Shown here piece by piece: positions 13,807-28,511 of a DNA stretch of 64,000 nt. The stretch's first letter is position 1. Each line of letters starts with the position of its first letter. A program made the translations under genes and the position numbers. Under the pieces are notes generated by a model, which had not been told where the DNA came from, ran no database searches, and was given only the letters and a program-made list of their open reading frames with translations. The stretch is taken from NCBI GenBank assembly GCA_964016885.1, contig OZ024745.1, positions 9,486,001-9,550,000 of the forward strand, written 5' to 3'. Source of the DNA: Eledone cirrhosa. Lineage: Eukaryota.

Positions 13807-16405
13807 CACCGTGTAACATATTTTTTGTTCCCCGGTTTTAAGTGTCATTTCCTGGTTTGTTATATCCCATTATTATAAAAAAAACACTATTATTTAATCA
13901 GAAGTTTGGGTTTGTGGTCAGGAGTTTTATATTTCAAAATTTTCATATTTTTCAAGAAAAAACACATTTTTTAAAAATTTATCAGTTCATATAATTAAAT
14001 CAACAGAGTATATATTAATTTTATTACACAAGCTTATCAAAAGCAAACAAGTAAAAACAAATAACACTTATAAAGCAACTTATACACGTCAGAAATGACT
14101 GGATTTCCTGGATTTGCGGTTGTAGTCCAGGTCGCATTCCCACACTAGCCCCCAGATATAGTCCCCCATCATTTTTTCATTGTAGTGGCCATGGTACGTC
14201 CATTCTATCTCTTTCACATCTTGGTGGAATCGTTCGCCTTGTTCTTCTGAGTAGGCACCCATATTGTCCTTGAATTTTTCCAGGTGAGCGTCCAGCATAT
14301 GGAGTTTAAGCGACATCCTGGATCCCATGGCGCCAAAAGCCTTTATCAGATCCTGCACCAATTGCTGGTAGTTTTCAGCTCTGTAGTTGCCCAGGAAGCC
14401 CTTAACAACTGCCTTGAAACAGTTCCAAGCTGTTCTCTCAATCCTATTGAGCTTATTGGAGAACTTGGTAGACTCAAACACCTTCTTTATCTGAGGTCAA
14501 ACAAAAATTCCACCTTTGATTTTGGCCTCAGATAATTTGGGGAAGAACTCAAGAAAGTACTTCAAAGCGGCTGATTCTTGGTTGAGAGCCTTCACAAACT
14601 GCTTCATCAACCCCAACTTAATGTGCAGTGGCGGCATGAGCACAATCCTGGGATCAACCAGTGGCTCCCACATGACGTTCTGGGTCCCAACTACAAATTC
14701 TGTTTGCTGCTCCCAGTTCTTTCTTTTGTAGTGGTCAGAGGTGGCTCTGCTGTCCCAAAGGCAAAGGAAGCATTGGAATTTGATAAAGCCTCCTTGGAGT
14801 CCAAGCAGGAAAGCCACCACCATCTTGAAGTCTCCAATGATTTCCAAATTGTACTGGTTGTATTGCAGAGCTTCCAAGAGGACTTTCACACTGTAGTAAT
14901 CTTCCTTCAGGCAGACTGAATGAGCTAGGAGCAGTGTCAGGAACTTGTTTCCATTGTGGAAGAGGACAGCCTTCAAACTTGTGGTGGAGCTGTCTATAAA
15001 TAGCTGCCACTCCTTGGGCACAAACAGCACCCCAATAACATCAAACAGTCCAGGCACGTCATGGCAGAAGCAGAGGCCATCCCTAAGAGTGTAAAAGCCT
15101 GAGAAAGGTTTGTGTCGACTTCTCTGACTTGTCACCTGCACTTCCTCCTTGACCAAGCTCTGCATTGGACTTGATCAGACCCATATCCCTGACCAAGACA
15201 TTGACTTCTTTTTGGTTTGGGAAGTGAGGAACTTTTTCTGGTACCTCAGGCAGGTAATCCAAGTCCTCAGCATCCATCTCCTCCTCTTCATCAGAATACT
15301 TGTCTTGGACTTCATCTGGAGCAGGTGGCACTGGCACGGGATATTTGGAGCAATTGATGATGGAAGATCTGGATAATCTACATCAGCAGCATTCTTTCCT
15401 TTCTGCCGCTTGCTAACATCCACCATGCAAAAAAAGTAGTTTGTGGCATGGTCTGTTGGCTCTAACCAGTGGGTTGGAAAATTTCAGGGACCTTTTCTCA
15501 CCTCGCAGCCACCCTTCCAGCGTCTTCTTACAGTGCTCACAACAGTAGTGAGGGGCCCAGGGCTTGTCCTGGTCCCCAACTGGCATCCCGAAGTACTTCT
15601 GGTAGGCTTCACCAAGGTTTCCAAGGAGAATTGTTTGCCTCTCTTCTTTATATACTCACCGCATATAAAACAGAAAGAGTCAGGGTGGTGCCGGCAGCAT
15701 CTTGAAGCCATTCTAAAAATATAGAAATACATGCAGTCAGAAAATATAGATCTTATAGATCTGAAAGTATAAATAAAAACATGTTTAATGAACATACATG
15801 TATAAAATAAGTAGGGTAATTCAGGCTAAAGTCATCAAATTTTGAAAACAAAAATTAATATTTAGCACCAAATTGCAGTGCAGTTCAATGAAAGAAATTT
15901 TTAATTACAAGTCTAATGTCATGATTGAAACCTAAAATACAAAATAAATTTGATATGCAATACAAAATTCATATTGGAAAGGGAAATACATATTTAAATA
16001 ATATAAAAGAACACTAATCATACTAATGAAAATTTGTGCTTAAAACACAACTTACCCTTTATTCAGGGTGCGAAAATCCAGTATCAATAAATCTCTTTAA
16101 TCCACTTTTTAACAATTTTATACTTTATTGCACTTTTATAATTTTCTTTAGGTATTACTCTTTATTTTATAATTTTAATTTAACCTGAAACATATATAAA
16201 AAAAATCATTTAACATAAGCAAATTAAACTTACATACAACGTTAAATCCAGCATACAAATAATTCTAGTGAATAGCTTAGAATTTTTACAAACCCAAACT
16301 TTTAACTGTTTAATAGCACTTTTTTATTTATTTGGGACCTAAGCAACACAAAAAAAGTGATTACAAGCCAGGAACAGAGAAAAAAATTTTTTTTGTTACA
16401 CGGTG
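13807..16405 (-). mobile_element. Chapaev3-like (CMC superfamily) DNA transposon, decayed
   Basis: Terminal inverted repeats CACCGTGTAACA...TGTTACACGGTG; flanks TCA/TTA (imperfect 3-bp TWA-type TSD); internal transposase remnants. Confidence 0.8.
14089..15711 (-). pseudogene. Frameshifted Chapaev3-type transposase
   Basis: MASRCCRHHPDSFCFICGEY Zn motif, WQLFIDSS, PPLHIKLGLMKQFVKAL and GAYSEEQGERFHQD, split over at least four ORFs. Confidence 0.85.
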
Positions 16406-19400
16406 TTATGTGCAAAGTAATATTGCTTTATAGTATGAGGAGTTTACATAGTAAATGGGTGTCTGATCTTATATTCTTTTGAGTTAAGAACATCTAACCT
16501 AAATACTATGAAATGGAGAGTTTATAGGAAAATCCAGAATACAAGATTGGTAAACTGCTTAAGGCAGGGACAGTGTTATATTCAAATATAACTGGTAAGG
16601 ATAATAATATTACATTGGTATACACTGTTAATTAAAATTGTAGTTTGTATGGATTTAGTAAAGAGTAGATTATGAAAACTATAGAGCTAAGTTGAAAAGT
16701 AGAACATTTTAGCTTTACAAAATCATAAACAAATGTACTGAAACACATCTCTTATAATGGACCTCTATTCAAAGTAGAAATTTATTTTATGTCCCTTTTG
16801 TAATATGATGTTAACTCTTTTGATATGAAAGAATTTGATACAAAACTGTTCCTTTTAAAATGTTTATCCTTATATTAAAACCTTTCATCATAATTTCATT
16901 TTAGAAGTTTTTCCTTAGAATGTTTCCAAACATCAGCTTACATACGAAAAACTTAGTTATTTTATTAAATACCTCCAAGTGTTTGAGTATTTTCGAAATC
17001 AATTGAAACATATAGGCAGTGTATTTAATTAGAAATACTGAAATGAAAGGGTTAAAGACATTACCATTATAACAATTAATTTTATGGCCACAATAACTAG
17101 TGTAGTGTGCATGATAGTTATAGATGTAGAATTAGGACTGAAGAAGCATTATATTTTCAGAGTTTACAAATAGAAATATTGTAGTTGTTTGTTATACATG
17201 CTTAAGCTAATTTGTTCTTTCGTCATTAGATATACTAGGAGTGATTAACTTTATTTATGCTCTGTGTAAATAACAAAGAATCCAGGTAATTTCAATTGAG
17301 TCCTGTTCACTAATATAATATTGATAGCTACAAGCTTCTATTGTGTGATTTACCCATGACAGCAGTAAAAAAAAACAAACTTAGAAGTAGATATAAAAGG
17401 AAAGTTTGTAATATGTTATAGGATATAAAAATAATCATTTTAAACAAACTGCTACTTGCAAGCCATTTATTGGATCAAATCCTGGTTGGTAATGATATTT
17501 CTTTAAAGTATAATACTACTGGAGAGAGAGAGAGGCAATACTTATAAAAGAGTGGAAGGAAAGAAACTGTACTGTATTTTAAGACTAGACTAAGTATATT
17601 GAGGTATGTGTGAGAGATTTCAAAATATGTTATCATTATTAAGCAAGTAATTATCACACTTTGTTTTGTTTTAGATATGTATATATATTGGAGTAAATAG
17701 AGTTCCTACAAAAGTAAAGTTCAATTGCTGTGAATGTAGCATTTTAGGCCCTTGCCTTTCATCTGAGAGTGAGGAAGACAGAGTGATGTGGTTGCTTTAG
17801 GTTTAATTATTGCTGATACAGACCATCACCAGTTTCTTTTGGAATAGATAGATTTCCATAACACATAACAGTCTATCTCTACCCCAATCCTTCAGACAAT
17901 TTGAAATATAAAACTTGTGGAAGACCTAACAAGAACTTCATATATGTTAACAGATTTGATAACAAGATACAATTTTTATATCTATCAGATATATATAGGC
18001 AGCCATATTTTGATGAAATGGTGACATTATTACAAACATTTTCAAACTTTGTGCCACATTAATTTTATAATCAAGCAGTTCCATTGATTGACCAACTGGA
18101 GCATTTGTCTTTGAAATGGCAAAGGTACAACAACAATAACATTTACATCTGACAGTATGTTTACAAACTGATTACTTAATATTAATACTTCTAATTATAT
18201 ATATATATAATATTTGGAATATCTTTCCTTTTTCCAGTTAAATGGTTTGTCATTTAAAAGTGATAAATGTTGAAAATAAGTTGAAGCTAAGGTTAAAGAT
18301 ATACACATGACTGAAAAAATTGCGAAGTTACCTATTCTAAAGTTTGAAATATTCTCTTTTCCACGAGAGAAAATGTATCTGGTTCTCATTTATAAAAACT
18401 GTTTTGGCTTGTTTTTTTTTTGTTTCTTTTTAAAAATATAATTAAAGATAATTTTATTTGAAATTATGCAAATTGTTAATGACTTCCCAACTAAATATTT
18501 TTTTCTGAAGAAAAATCAAAGCAAGAATCAGATAATATTTTGGTCTTGTTACCAACATTTGTAACCAAAGCATGATTATTGCTAGTTAAGAACTATATTC
18601 TATTTAATGACACTGTATTCTGTCATGTAGTCTACTATTTTCTTTAGATCTTCCCAGATAATATCCACTCTGATGAACATCACAATATGCAAATATATAT
18701 TTGTTCTGTTTCCACCAGCCATTTCTTATTAATGAAATTATTTTCACCCTTAATTGTTTATTTAATGCTGCATTTGCTATCTATCTTATGCACCTTATTC
18801 TCTCGCATTCTACACAACTTATTCTCTTCCATGAAGTTTAGGGAACCCATAGAATTGAATTAACAAATGCATATGTAAGGGGGTAGTGCTGGAAAAGGGA
18901 TAAAATGCTCTCAGTTCATTCTGTAAAATGGTTGGCATTAGGAAGAGCATCCAGTCATAGAAAGCCAAGCCATAAATGGAACATAAGAACAAAATGTGAC
19001 CACCTGACCTGTCTAGCTCCATAATGTGATAACTTATCTAACCCATGCATGCATGGAAAATAGATATTAAACAGTGATGATGATCATTATCATATGAATG
19101 ATACATAAATTTTGTAACAGATGATCACTGTTACTTTAGATGAGTGATTTTGCTCATGTTTAATTCATTATTGATTTGTATTCTCTCCAGCCACATTTAA
19201 CCAATTTTCTCTGTTCAATTCATTCATAATTTTCAGATAGTTTTGCCTGTTTGTTTCATTCACTGTTTGCATTGTCGTTTTTATTTAGATATATACACTG
19301 CAACTAGAACCTAAGTTTCTATACTTTATCTATCTTTCAATACTAAATAATTTCTTCATTTTTAAATATTTCAAATATTTATTCTGATTTGAAAATTGTT

Positions 19401-21047
19401 TTAATGTAATAGAAAGTTTCAATTTTATTGTTTGCTGAAAGCAAGGAATCCATATCAATTGTTAGATATTTTACATTTCTGAGTTCAAATTCTGTCAAAA
19501 TCTGCTTTAGGTTTTACCCCTCTATGAATAATGAGAACTATTTATACACTAAATTTGCATTTAACCTCTCAACTGAGTTGTGTGTATCTGAAATGTTGCA
19601 GTGAGAAGGAGAAGGTCTGCAGTGATTGAAGAGGAAATAGTTGAGTATCATCTGTTATGTGGTCAATGCAAACTTAGGATTGAGAAAGAAATGGGTTCTA
19701 GTGAATCAAAGAAATGATTGTGTACCAAAGGCACTGGCCAAAGTAAGAAAGGCAAATGACTGTACTAGTGTTGACATGACTAGGTAGTTGTGTTAGAAAA
19801 CTTGGGATAAAATAACATTTGAGAATACTAAGTCTAAAGAAAAGAAGTAATGATGATGATAATAATGAGGAGAAAGGTAATGATGATGATGACGATGATG
19901 ATGATGAAAGGGGATTAGTAGGGGAGGAAGAGAAAGATATTTTCTTCTCTAAAAATTTTAAACAATTTTGAAAATTCTATTTAGAGAACTTAACCTATCT
20001 AAGAAGTAGGAACTGTCTGCATATAATTCTACTTCGTGTATTATCCACCCCAAAGTTTGTGTATGTGCATACACATGCATCCTGCTTGCACACCCCTATG
20101 CATACCCTCATGCATGCATTTTTTTTTCAAAAGGAATTTTACAGTTATTTCTGAGTATACAGCATGGAATTTTACAGTTTGAATGGAAGCTAGTTTGTCT
20201 CTTGTTGTTTAAACTGTATGTGTAATTATGCTGATTCTGCTTGTGACAACCTTAATGTACTTAACAAAGATATTTTTTTGAAAACCATTTAGAAGTGGAG
20301 GAGGGGAAAATGTATGTGAACTTTATATGAATCTTTGAAATGGTGGGAGCAGTGCAGCTAATACTGAACTTGAATAAATGTCAGTCATTCTCTGTAGGAA
20401 AAACATCTGAATATTTGCAGGAGTTTACTATGCTAAAGGCACTCAAGGACTTGGAAAGTAGAGCTGGGTGCCATATTAAGACTACTACCGAAAACAGTGA
20501 TCTGTGTGTGTGTTATTAATGTAGATTGACATAGTGATACTAATAGCTTGGCTAAGCTTAGCTGAAAAAAGCTGCCTGACTAATATGTAAATTATTTTTC
20601 AATGACTATAAACTGAATGATAAAGAACTTCCTAATTAAGAATGATTTAAAACTATCAGAGTTTTACAGAAACAATTCCAATGGAAAGTATTGGGAGTAA
20701 TAAATACTAACTCAAGCACTATGTGTATTTGTGGAACCCAGATCTCTCTCTCTCTCTCTTAATAAAGTAGTTGCTGATAGGAAGGGCATCCAGAAAACGT
20801 GCCTAACAAAGGGCCAGGAGGACCTTTTAGTTGTGTTAAAGGCATGACAACCTCAATGTTAAAATGATAAAATGTACTTGGTAGAGTGTGAAAATGTTTT
20901 GTGAGATGCTGACCCCAGCCCCACCCAGCTAATGTGTTTGAATGTAAAGGAGATGGTAACCCCTGGCCCATCTGTGAGGTCAGTAGTTTTGCTTGAGTAC
21001 TGACATGGACTGTGAAAACCCATCCAAATCTTGCTAGCAAGGAAATC

Positions 21048-21390
21048 AGATGTTAAATAATTGTTTCTACTTTTGGCACAAGGCCAGCAATTACCCAGTA
21101 CATTACTGGTACTTTATTTTATCGACCCTGTAAGGATGAAAGGCAAAGTTAACCTCAGCGGAATTTGAACTCAGACCGTAAAGGGATGTAACTATGCTGG
21201 AAAGCATGGCGTCCGACCCTCTACCGATACTGCCAATCCACCGCCCTCAGATGTTAAATAATTGTTTCTACTTTTGGCACAAGGCCAGCAATTACCCAGT
21301 GCATTACTGGTACTTTATTTTATCGACCCCGGAAGGATGAAAGGCGAAGTTAACCTCGGCGGGATTTGAACTCAGATCGTAAAGGGAGGT
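21048..21390 (-). mobile_element. Two tandem copies of a second SINE family (~200-bp period)
   Basis: CAGATGTTAAATAATTGTTTCTACTTTTGGCACAAGG at 21048 and 21248; minus strand has GTCTGAGTTCAAAT B box; related copies near 2790, 11660, 51600, 51830 and 63075. Confidence 0.7.
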
Positions 21391-22851
21391 AATGATTATA
21401 TATATATATCAAAAACACATTAAACAAAAAACATTGAGAGGATGAAAGGTAAGATAACCTCAGTAAGTATCTGTTCTGGTTGTGCTCAAATCCTAATTCC
21501 TGTTACTGGAAAAGCAGTGAGGGTTATGCCAGGAGTTGAGACTAACATAGTCACAAGATAGTATATGTAATGGAAAGGCCAATGGAAACATGGCTTCCTT
21601 GGTCCAATCAAAAAATTATTTTCTTTCATTTCTTTTCCATATATATATATATATATATAGATAGATAGATAGATAGATATAATTCTATTTTCAGTTTTTG
21701 AATATTGTTCAGTTGTTCTAGATTTGTGTGTTTTTATCTGCCTTGCTTGATAATGATAACCATTTTGAATTAATTTATTATTTTTATTTTTAATACTTAA
21801 TTTACTAACTATACACCAGTAACTCCTTATTCCTAATGTTAACATTTTAGATTTAGCATAACTTTGTTGTTTTTGCTGAGTGGAGATATATAATTCCAAT
21901 GTGTTTGCTGCCTCTTCTTTAAACTGTTTGTGTGTTTGTGATGTTAATAATAATGTATTATTCTTTAAAATAATAAAGTTAAACAATTTTAATTACCATG
22001 TTGTGTCGGGTCACTCTTGAGTGCTACTGGTACCATGTAACTCTGTACAACCTGTCGCATGGTCGAGTCATTGGCGACTAAACCGGCAACCCCACCAAGT
22101 TTACTTGGTGAGAAGGGTGATTTTGGACACCCTGCAGGGCAAAAAACAAAACCTGACAAAGGGCGGAAGAACTCATAAGACTCAATGGCCATTTAAAAAA
22201 AGAAAAAAAAAATCCTGCCAAATCAATGGGTGGCAGTAGTTTCCAGCTGCATCAAAAGACTGGTGTAGTGGTTCTGAGAACATTGCGGCTTTGCAGATGA
22301 TCATTGTAAATTGACAATGGAAAGGTGCTCCCGCTTGAGTTGTGACCCCTGATTGTATTCAGCAACCGAAACAAATATGAAGTACACCAAATCCAATGCT
22401 CCTAGGGGTGGCCCTGGTTCTTCTTATTTGCAAGTGTAAACTCAGCCAGATTAGATTAGATTGTGAGAGGCAACCTGTTAGGTTGTTATTAAGAAGATGA
22501 TCTACACATAAAGTACTGCTTCAAAAAGTCATGTACAAGCCATCCCAGCATGGAAAACTGAATTATAAAATGTTGATGATGATGATCGAAATAATCATGA
22601 ATTGAAAAACTATTCTTTTATTATCCTTGAATCATGTCAGATGGAATATGCCTGTGGTTGTAAACTTTCTGGGTGGTGCTTAAGATTATTTCATCTTAAA
22701 TGTTGACTTTTGTTCATATTTTTGTCATATTTTCTTGACAACATGAATAAACACCTCTGAGAATAACTTGGATATTTTAATGAATTAAAAAATTTAGATG
22801 ATTAACTCCAGATTGTTGTTATGTTAAAACAATGTCTATTTTTCCATGTAG

Positions 22852-22908
22852 TGTCTCCTCAAATACAGACATTCCACCTTCACCTCCTGTGGAGCAAGAG
22901 CAGTACCG
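22852..22908 (+). CDS. Host gene exon E (SVSSNTDIPPSPPVEQEQYR)
   Basis: TTTTTCCATGTAG acceptor and CG|GTAAGT donor; phase 2 to 2, in frame with exon D. Confidence 0.75.
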
Positions 22909-23559
22909 GTAAGTTGCCACATTATTTTTTTAATTTCAGACTGTAAATGTCTTTATTAAATTATCTAAATCTGTTTGATGAAAACAAGGTTGTTACCACA
23001 AAACCTCAGTCATATGCAGTACCTAAATATTAAATTATATATAATAGCTGTCTGCCTGTGTTTTTAGAAATTCTTTATAAATTGATATCAAATCTTTTTT
23101 TTTTTAACTTATGTCAATAAATATAATTTCATCCTCAAGTGTTAAACTATATAAACTATAGTGTCACCATTTCCCCCCATGAGTCTTGGGTGACTTATAC
23201 CATCCTACTTGATATCCCTCCATCCTGATTCCCCCCTCCCCCATATCCATACACTTTAATATCCATCTTTATTCATATCTATCCATCACTCTTCTCTCTT
23301 TATGCTTATCTTGTAGTTGTCTAGTCAACTTCCTACCAGCAACCAATCATGTAGCCTCTATTCAGTCTCTGCTGCATTACTGCCTCCGTTATCTTCCCAT
23401 CACTTATTATACATCTCTTTAACCCCGCTTATTTTGAATCCTTCGTTTGGAACAAGGCAACCTCCCTCATTCAAGTGCCACTATAAAATGCACACTGTAC
23501 ATTTCATGAAAGAGCTGACATTTAACTGCTCATAATTCTGAGGTACAGAATGTAGGGTT

Positions 23560-24240
23560 AAGAACATAACAACCTCCAGCAACTCAATGGGATAGCAGTA
23601 TGACAGGAGAGGTAGTGATGGGTCATTGTCCTTTGTCATCTCCTTCATGAGATCTGGTTTCTTGAAGTAAGTCTTCACCACTGTTTTTCCATGTCTTTCT
23701 AGGACTTTCTAATCTACAGGTACCATCCACTTCAAGTGCTCAGTATTTCTTTACAGAACTACCATCTCCATATGCATCACATCATACCTCTTATGCAGCC
23801 ACAATTTACACTGGGTACACCTTATGGAATTTATACCAACTACTTTTCTACATATTCAGCATGGCCATTTTCCTGCTACTAGCAGGATCCTATTTTTTGG
23901 TCTATGCTAAATTTACTGTTAGGCCTCTTGATTCTTGGTTTTGCACTAGTTTCTGGAAAAATCTTATCTAAGTTTTTGAAAGCTTCACTTATAAGGAATA
24001 AATAGTTCATCAGCATACAAGAGTTCCCTCAAGCAACTGGTTGTAAACTCTTTTGTTTTCATCTGGGAGTGCTGTAATAGTCAGTGGCTGAATACTGAGC
24101 CATGATGAACGTCTACCTACATGCTAAAATCATCACTGAAACCATTTCTGACTCTCAGCTTGCTGACTACACTTCTCTGCATGATTCATGTGGCCCTTAC
24201 AAGCTATTTATTCCCTTCTAGCTTCTTTAGTAACCACCAG
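23560..24240 (-). mobile_element. Old degenerate RTE LINE fragment
   Basis: Minus strand reads ELLYADEL and HHGSVFS RT-like motifs and has PHD remnants. Confidence 0.6.
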
Positions 24241-24877
24241 TGCTATTTATTTTGAATCTTCGTGTTGTGTGTTTAAATACCCCCAAAGTCAGCTTTGTTG
24301 CTCATTTTTTGTGGTTGATAAATAAAGGACCAATCTAGGGTAGTGGACTGTCAGAATTCCTACAGTGTTGGTCAGGTGATCATGCAGTATTTCTTCTGGC
24401 TCTTTTATGTTCTGAGTTGGTGGTAGATTTAATTCATCATCCAGTTTACTACTACCACCACCACCTGCCCTTTGGATACCTTCATTAGAGTCCACTCTGT
24501 TGCAAGTATTCAAAATAAGTTTCTGATTTGCAGATACTTTCCTTCATCTCTACCAATTGTCTCAAAAGTTATGAAAAGAGGGATGGGATCTGTCCCCTTC
24601 AATCCTGGCTAAATGATTAAAAAAGATATACACCGTGTGTGTATGTATTTATGTCATACCTGGATACTCTGTGGATTGAGTTTCCCATTGACATGCCTCT
24701 CACATAAATCTGCCTCTGTGGAATCATCTGTTGCTACATTGGATGGTCTTCATGGATAACATTGAATTGGTGTTTATTGTATTTATGTTCAAGTTCAGAT
24801 GGTTCATGATCTTAGTTACACCTCTCTCTCTCTTTATATATGATCTTAGTTACACCTCTCTCTCTCTTTATATATAT

Positions 24878-25312
24878 CAGAGTTTTGTGGCTTGAAGCAT
24901 TGTTGAATAGGAAATACATTTAAATTTTGAAAACTGAACAATGCGTTAGAAAGAACGTTAGATTGCCAAGATAATAAAAGAATCTTACCTTAGCAAATTT
25001 AATGTTCCCAAATATTTTGGGATTTAAAAACCCATTATTTAAAAACCCCATGAGAGGCTTAAATCAATAGGATTGACTTGCTTGTTTGGAGAGCAGTTAA
25101 ATGAAATGAAAAGACGTTAAAATTAGCATGTGCGCATTATGAAATGTAGGATATATGCATGTGTGTGCGTGAAAGTAAGTGTGTGTAGTAGAATGGTGTA
25201 TGTGTGTGCAGGAAAAATATGTGACCATTAAATTTGCTACGGTAAGATTCTTTAATTATCTTGACGATCTAATGTTCTTTCTAACGCATTGTTTGGTTTT
25301 CAAAATTTAAAT
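24878..25312. mobile_element. Non-coding foldback element flanked by (TA)n
   Basis: Inverted arms 24918-25004 and 25226-25312, with a ~40-bp one-sided tail. Confidence 0.65.
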
Positions 25313-25332
25313 TTGCATATATATACATATAT

Positions 25333-25490
25333 ATAAATTGAAAAGAATGAAACGAAATTTCATTTCTCACTCTTAGTACAGCTGATACTTAAATGCAAGT
25401 ATGTATGTATACGTACATACATATATGTATACAGACGTACAGTAGTATGTATATATATACATACATGCACACATATATATATATATGTAC
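25333..25490 (-). repeat. Partial inverted copy of the 472-bp tandem-repeat family
   Basis: Reverse complement of the 47500-47625 segment (AAATTTCATTTCTCACTCTTAGTA). Confidence 0.7.
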
Positions 25491-25499
25491 GTATAGGTT

Positions 25500-25559
<60 letters not shown>

Positions 25560-25616
25560 CATATATATACATACAATATTAAATAAATGGAAAACTATAT
25601 TTATAAAACCATATTT

Positions 25617-25680
25617 ATTTCATTATATATATTTCGGGGATATCATATTAACAATATGCTATGCCTTCATCAGACAAAAT
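25617..25680 (-). ncRNA. Type I hammerhead ribozyme (family B)
   Basis: attttgt-CTGATGA-aggcatagcatatt gtt aatatgatatcccc-GAAA-tatat-ATA-atgaaat; stem I has 7 bp including G-U pairs; AUA cleavage triplet. Confidence 0.75.
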
Positions 25681-26699
25681 ACAATATAAACAGTTTTATA
25701 GATAAATAGATTCGACATACCGTAATAAACACCGACTTCATTTGAAGAGGTTTACGCTAGCAGTGAAAATTTTATACAGAGAGAAAGAAAGAGAGAAAAA
25801 AGAAAGAAAGACAAAACGAAGAAAAGGAAGAAAAGGAAGAAATGCATGGAACAAACTAGAGAGATGGAAAGATAGATAAAGCGAAGAGCTTCATGTAAAG
25901 AAACAGAAAGAGATATATATATATAGAGAGAGAGAGAGGAAATAGAGATATATATATAGAAAATTAGGTAGTGGGAGGTCATTTTGAGTAAGTGTATCAA
26001 TGATACATTTATTTATTTATTTATTTATTTAGCTCAAGTATTAATGTAAGGGAGATATATATATAGAGAGAAAAAAATATAGAGAGAGGAAAAAATAGCG
26101 AGAGAAAAAATTTAAAAATAGCCAGACATATTCGAGGCGTAAAAAACCCTATGTTTTAATGTATTAGTATTTATAAAACTTACACTATATTGTAAATATC
26201 AGTATTCCTGAATGAAACAAGTATCCATAATGTGTGAAAATTAATTATCTTATGTTTAGTTTTAAAAAAATTCATATGTTTATGTGACAGCTACAAACAT
26301 CCATGCGAATCCAACTGATTCAGTCTGCAAACTCTAAGTTACCGGAAAACATTCTCAATGTGGTATAAAAATTTGAGCGTATTATTATTCCTGTCATTAC
26401 TCTACAAGATTATCTATCAAGCAGAAATAGAGAGCAGATTTCAATATACTAATAAAAATATATATTATATTATAAACAAAACTAAAAATAAAAAATAACA
26501 ATAATAATAATAAGTAAAAATATAGAATGGAAAACTAAAAAAAATATTACGAAAGAATATTACATAATAAAAATATTACATATTAAAAATACTACGTATT
26601 AAAAAATATTACGTATTAAAAATTTACATATTAAAGATATGAAAAATAAAATAAAAATAAAAAATAAAAAAATAAAAAAATATTATAGAATACTACAAT

Positions 26700-26940
26700 A
26701 CTAAAAAATAACAACATCAGAGACTTGGGAGTAACCGTGGACAGCAACATAAGCTGGACCACGCATATAAGCAGCAAAGTTGACATGGCCCGCAGAATGT
26801 GTTCCTGGATCCTCAGAACCTTCCAGTCGAGAGATTCCCGCACCATTATCCTTCTCTTCTCTACTTTCGCCCGACCACACCTTGAATACTGTTGTCCACT
26901 GTGGTCTCCCCACACGAAACAAAGTATCATGATACTTGAA
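26700..26940 (+). mobile_element. CR1/L2-type LINE RT C-terminal fragment
   Basis: DLGVTVDSNISW...FARPHLEYCCPLWSPH. Confidence 0.8.
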
Positions 26941-28436
26941 GCTTAGAATTAACAAGGAATATAGTGAAGAGTTTAGCGTAAAAGTTGGCGTCCATCCGGG
27001 CTCTGTTCTCAGTCCCCTACTATTTATTATTGCCCTTCAGGCTATAACAGAGGAGTTCAAGACCGGCTGCCCATGGGAACTCCTATACGCAGACGACCTG
27101 ACACCTGACACTCATAGCGGAATCAATGGCCGAGCTAGAGAAGAAATTCCAAACATGGAAGCACGGCCTAGAATCAAAAGGACTTAAAATTAACCTGGCT
27201 AAGACTAAAGTTCTAGTTTGTAGGAAAGAAAATAAGGCGGCGGTCCCTTCTGGGAAATGGTCATGCTCAGTGTGTAGGAATGGCGTAGGTAGAAACTCCA
27301 TTTTATGTCCTAAATGCAAAGTATGGGTGCATAAAAGATGTAGTGGGATCACAGGTAAGCTAAGAACATAGATTTTACATGTGGCCGGTGCTCTGGTGCA
27401 ATAAGTAGCAGCAAGTGCCCACAAAATACTAGCTCTTTCAATTGCGCAGAGGGTTCTATAGAAATAGTGGACAGCTTCCGTTACCTGGGCGGTAAAATCA
27501 GCAGTGGCGGAGGGTGCTCTGAAAGTACAGTAGCTAGAGTCAGAACTGGTTGGAAAAAGTTCAGAGAGCTTATACCACTATTAGCTGCTAAAGGGTTCTC
27601 CCTAAAAATGAAAGGCAGGTTGTACGATGCCTGCATACGAACAGCAATGTTGCATGGCAGTGAGACCTGGGCATTGTGTGCAGAGGATATACGCAGACTA
27701 GAGAGGAACGAAGCTTGCATGCTCCGCTGGATGTGTAACAGTAATATACGTGAACGGCAAAGCATAAACGAACTAAGGAAAAAATTAGAAATAAGAGGGA
27801 TCAGATGTTGTTTACTCGAGAGAAGGCTACGTTGGTATGGACACGTGATGCGCATGAAAGTCGATAGCTGTATAACAAAGTGCAGGGCAATAAAGATAGA
27901 CGGTAGCCACGGAATTGGCAGACCTAGAAAAACCTGGGACGAGCTGATAAACTCCGACCTCACACACTTACACCTCTCCAAGACAATGTCACTGGACCGA
28001 GACCTTTGGCGGTACTCAGTAACAGAGAAGACCTGCATTACCTAAATACATAGTAAAACCTACTACAGCCTGTAGGCATCTCTAACAAAATACACCCCGT
28101 CCCACCACCCCCACCCGCACCCCATCCACACCACCCCGTTCTATGTAAAGTTATGTTGGTGCCGCGCCATCCAGGCCGAAACAAATGAGATCGTGTAGGT
28201 GTCACGACAAAAAAACACACAGTCCACGCTGTAATGTGGCCGTGTAGGCAACACGGTAAAAACCTCCCAGACCCACACTGTAAATGTGGTTGGTGTTAGG
28301 AAGTGCATCCAACTGTAGAAAACCTGCCAGACAGTCCTATGCGAGCAAGACAATCACTCTTGCCTCAAGTGGGACTACCCCCGTCCAAACCCATGCAAGT
28401 GTGGAACACGGACGTTAAACGTTGATGATGATGATG

Positions 28437-28438
<2 letters not shown>
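26941..28438 (+). mobile_element. 5'-truncated RTE LINE
   Basis: [17 protein letters not shown]-like finger, RLRWYGHV; (GAT)n tail then (TA)n. Confidence 0.92.
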
Positions 28439-28483
<45 letters not shown>

Positions 28484-28511
28484 CACATATATACATATAT
28501 ATATATATATA

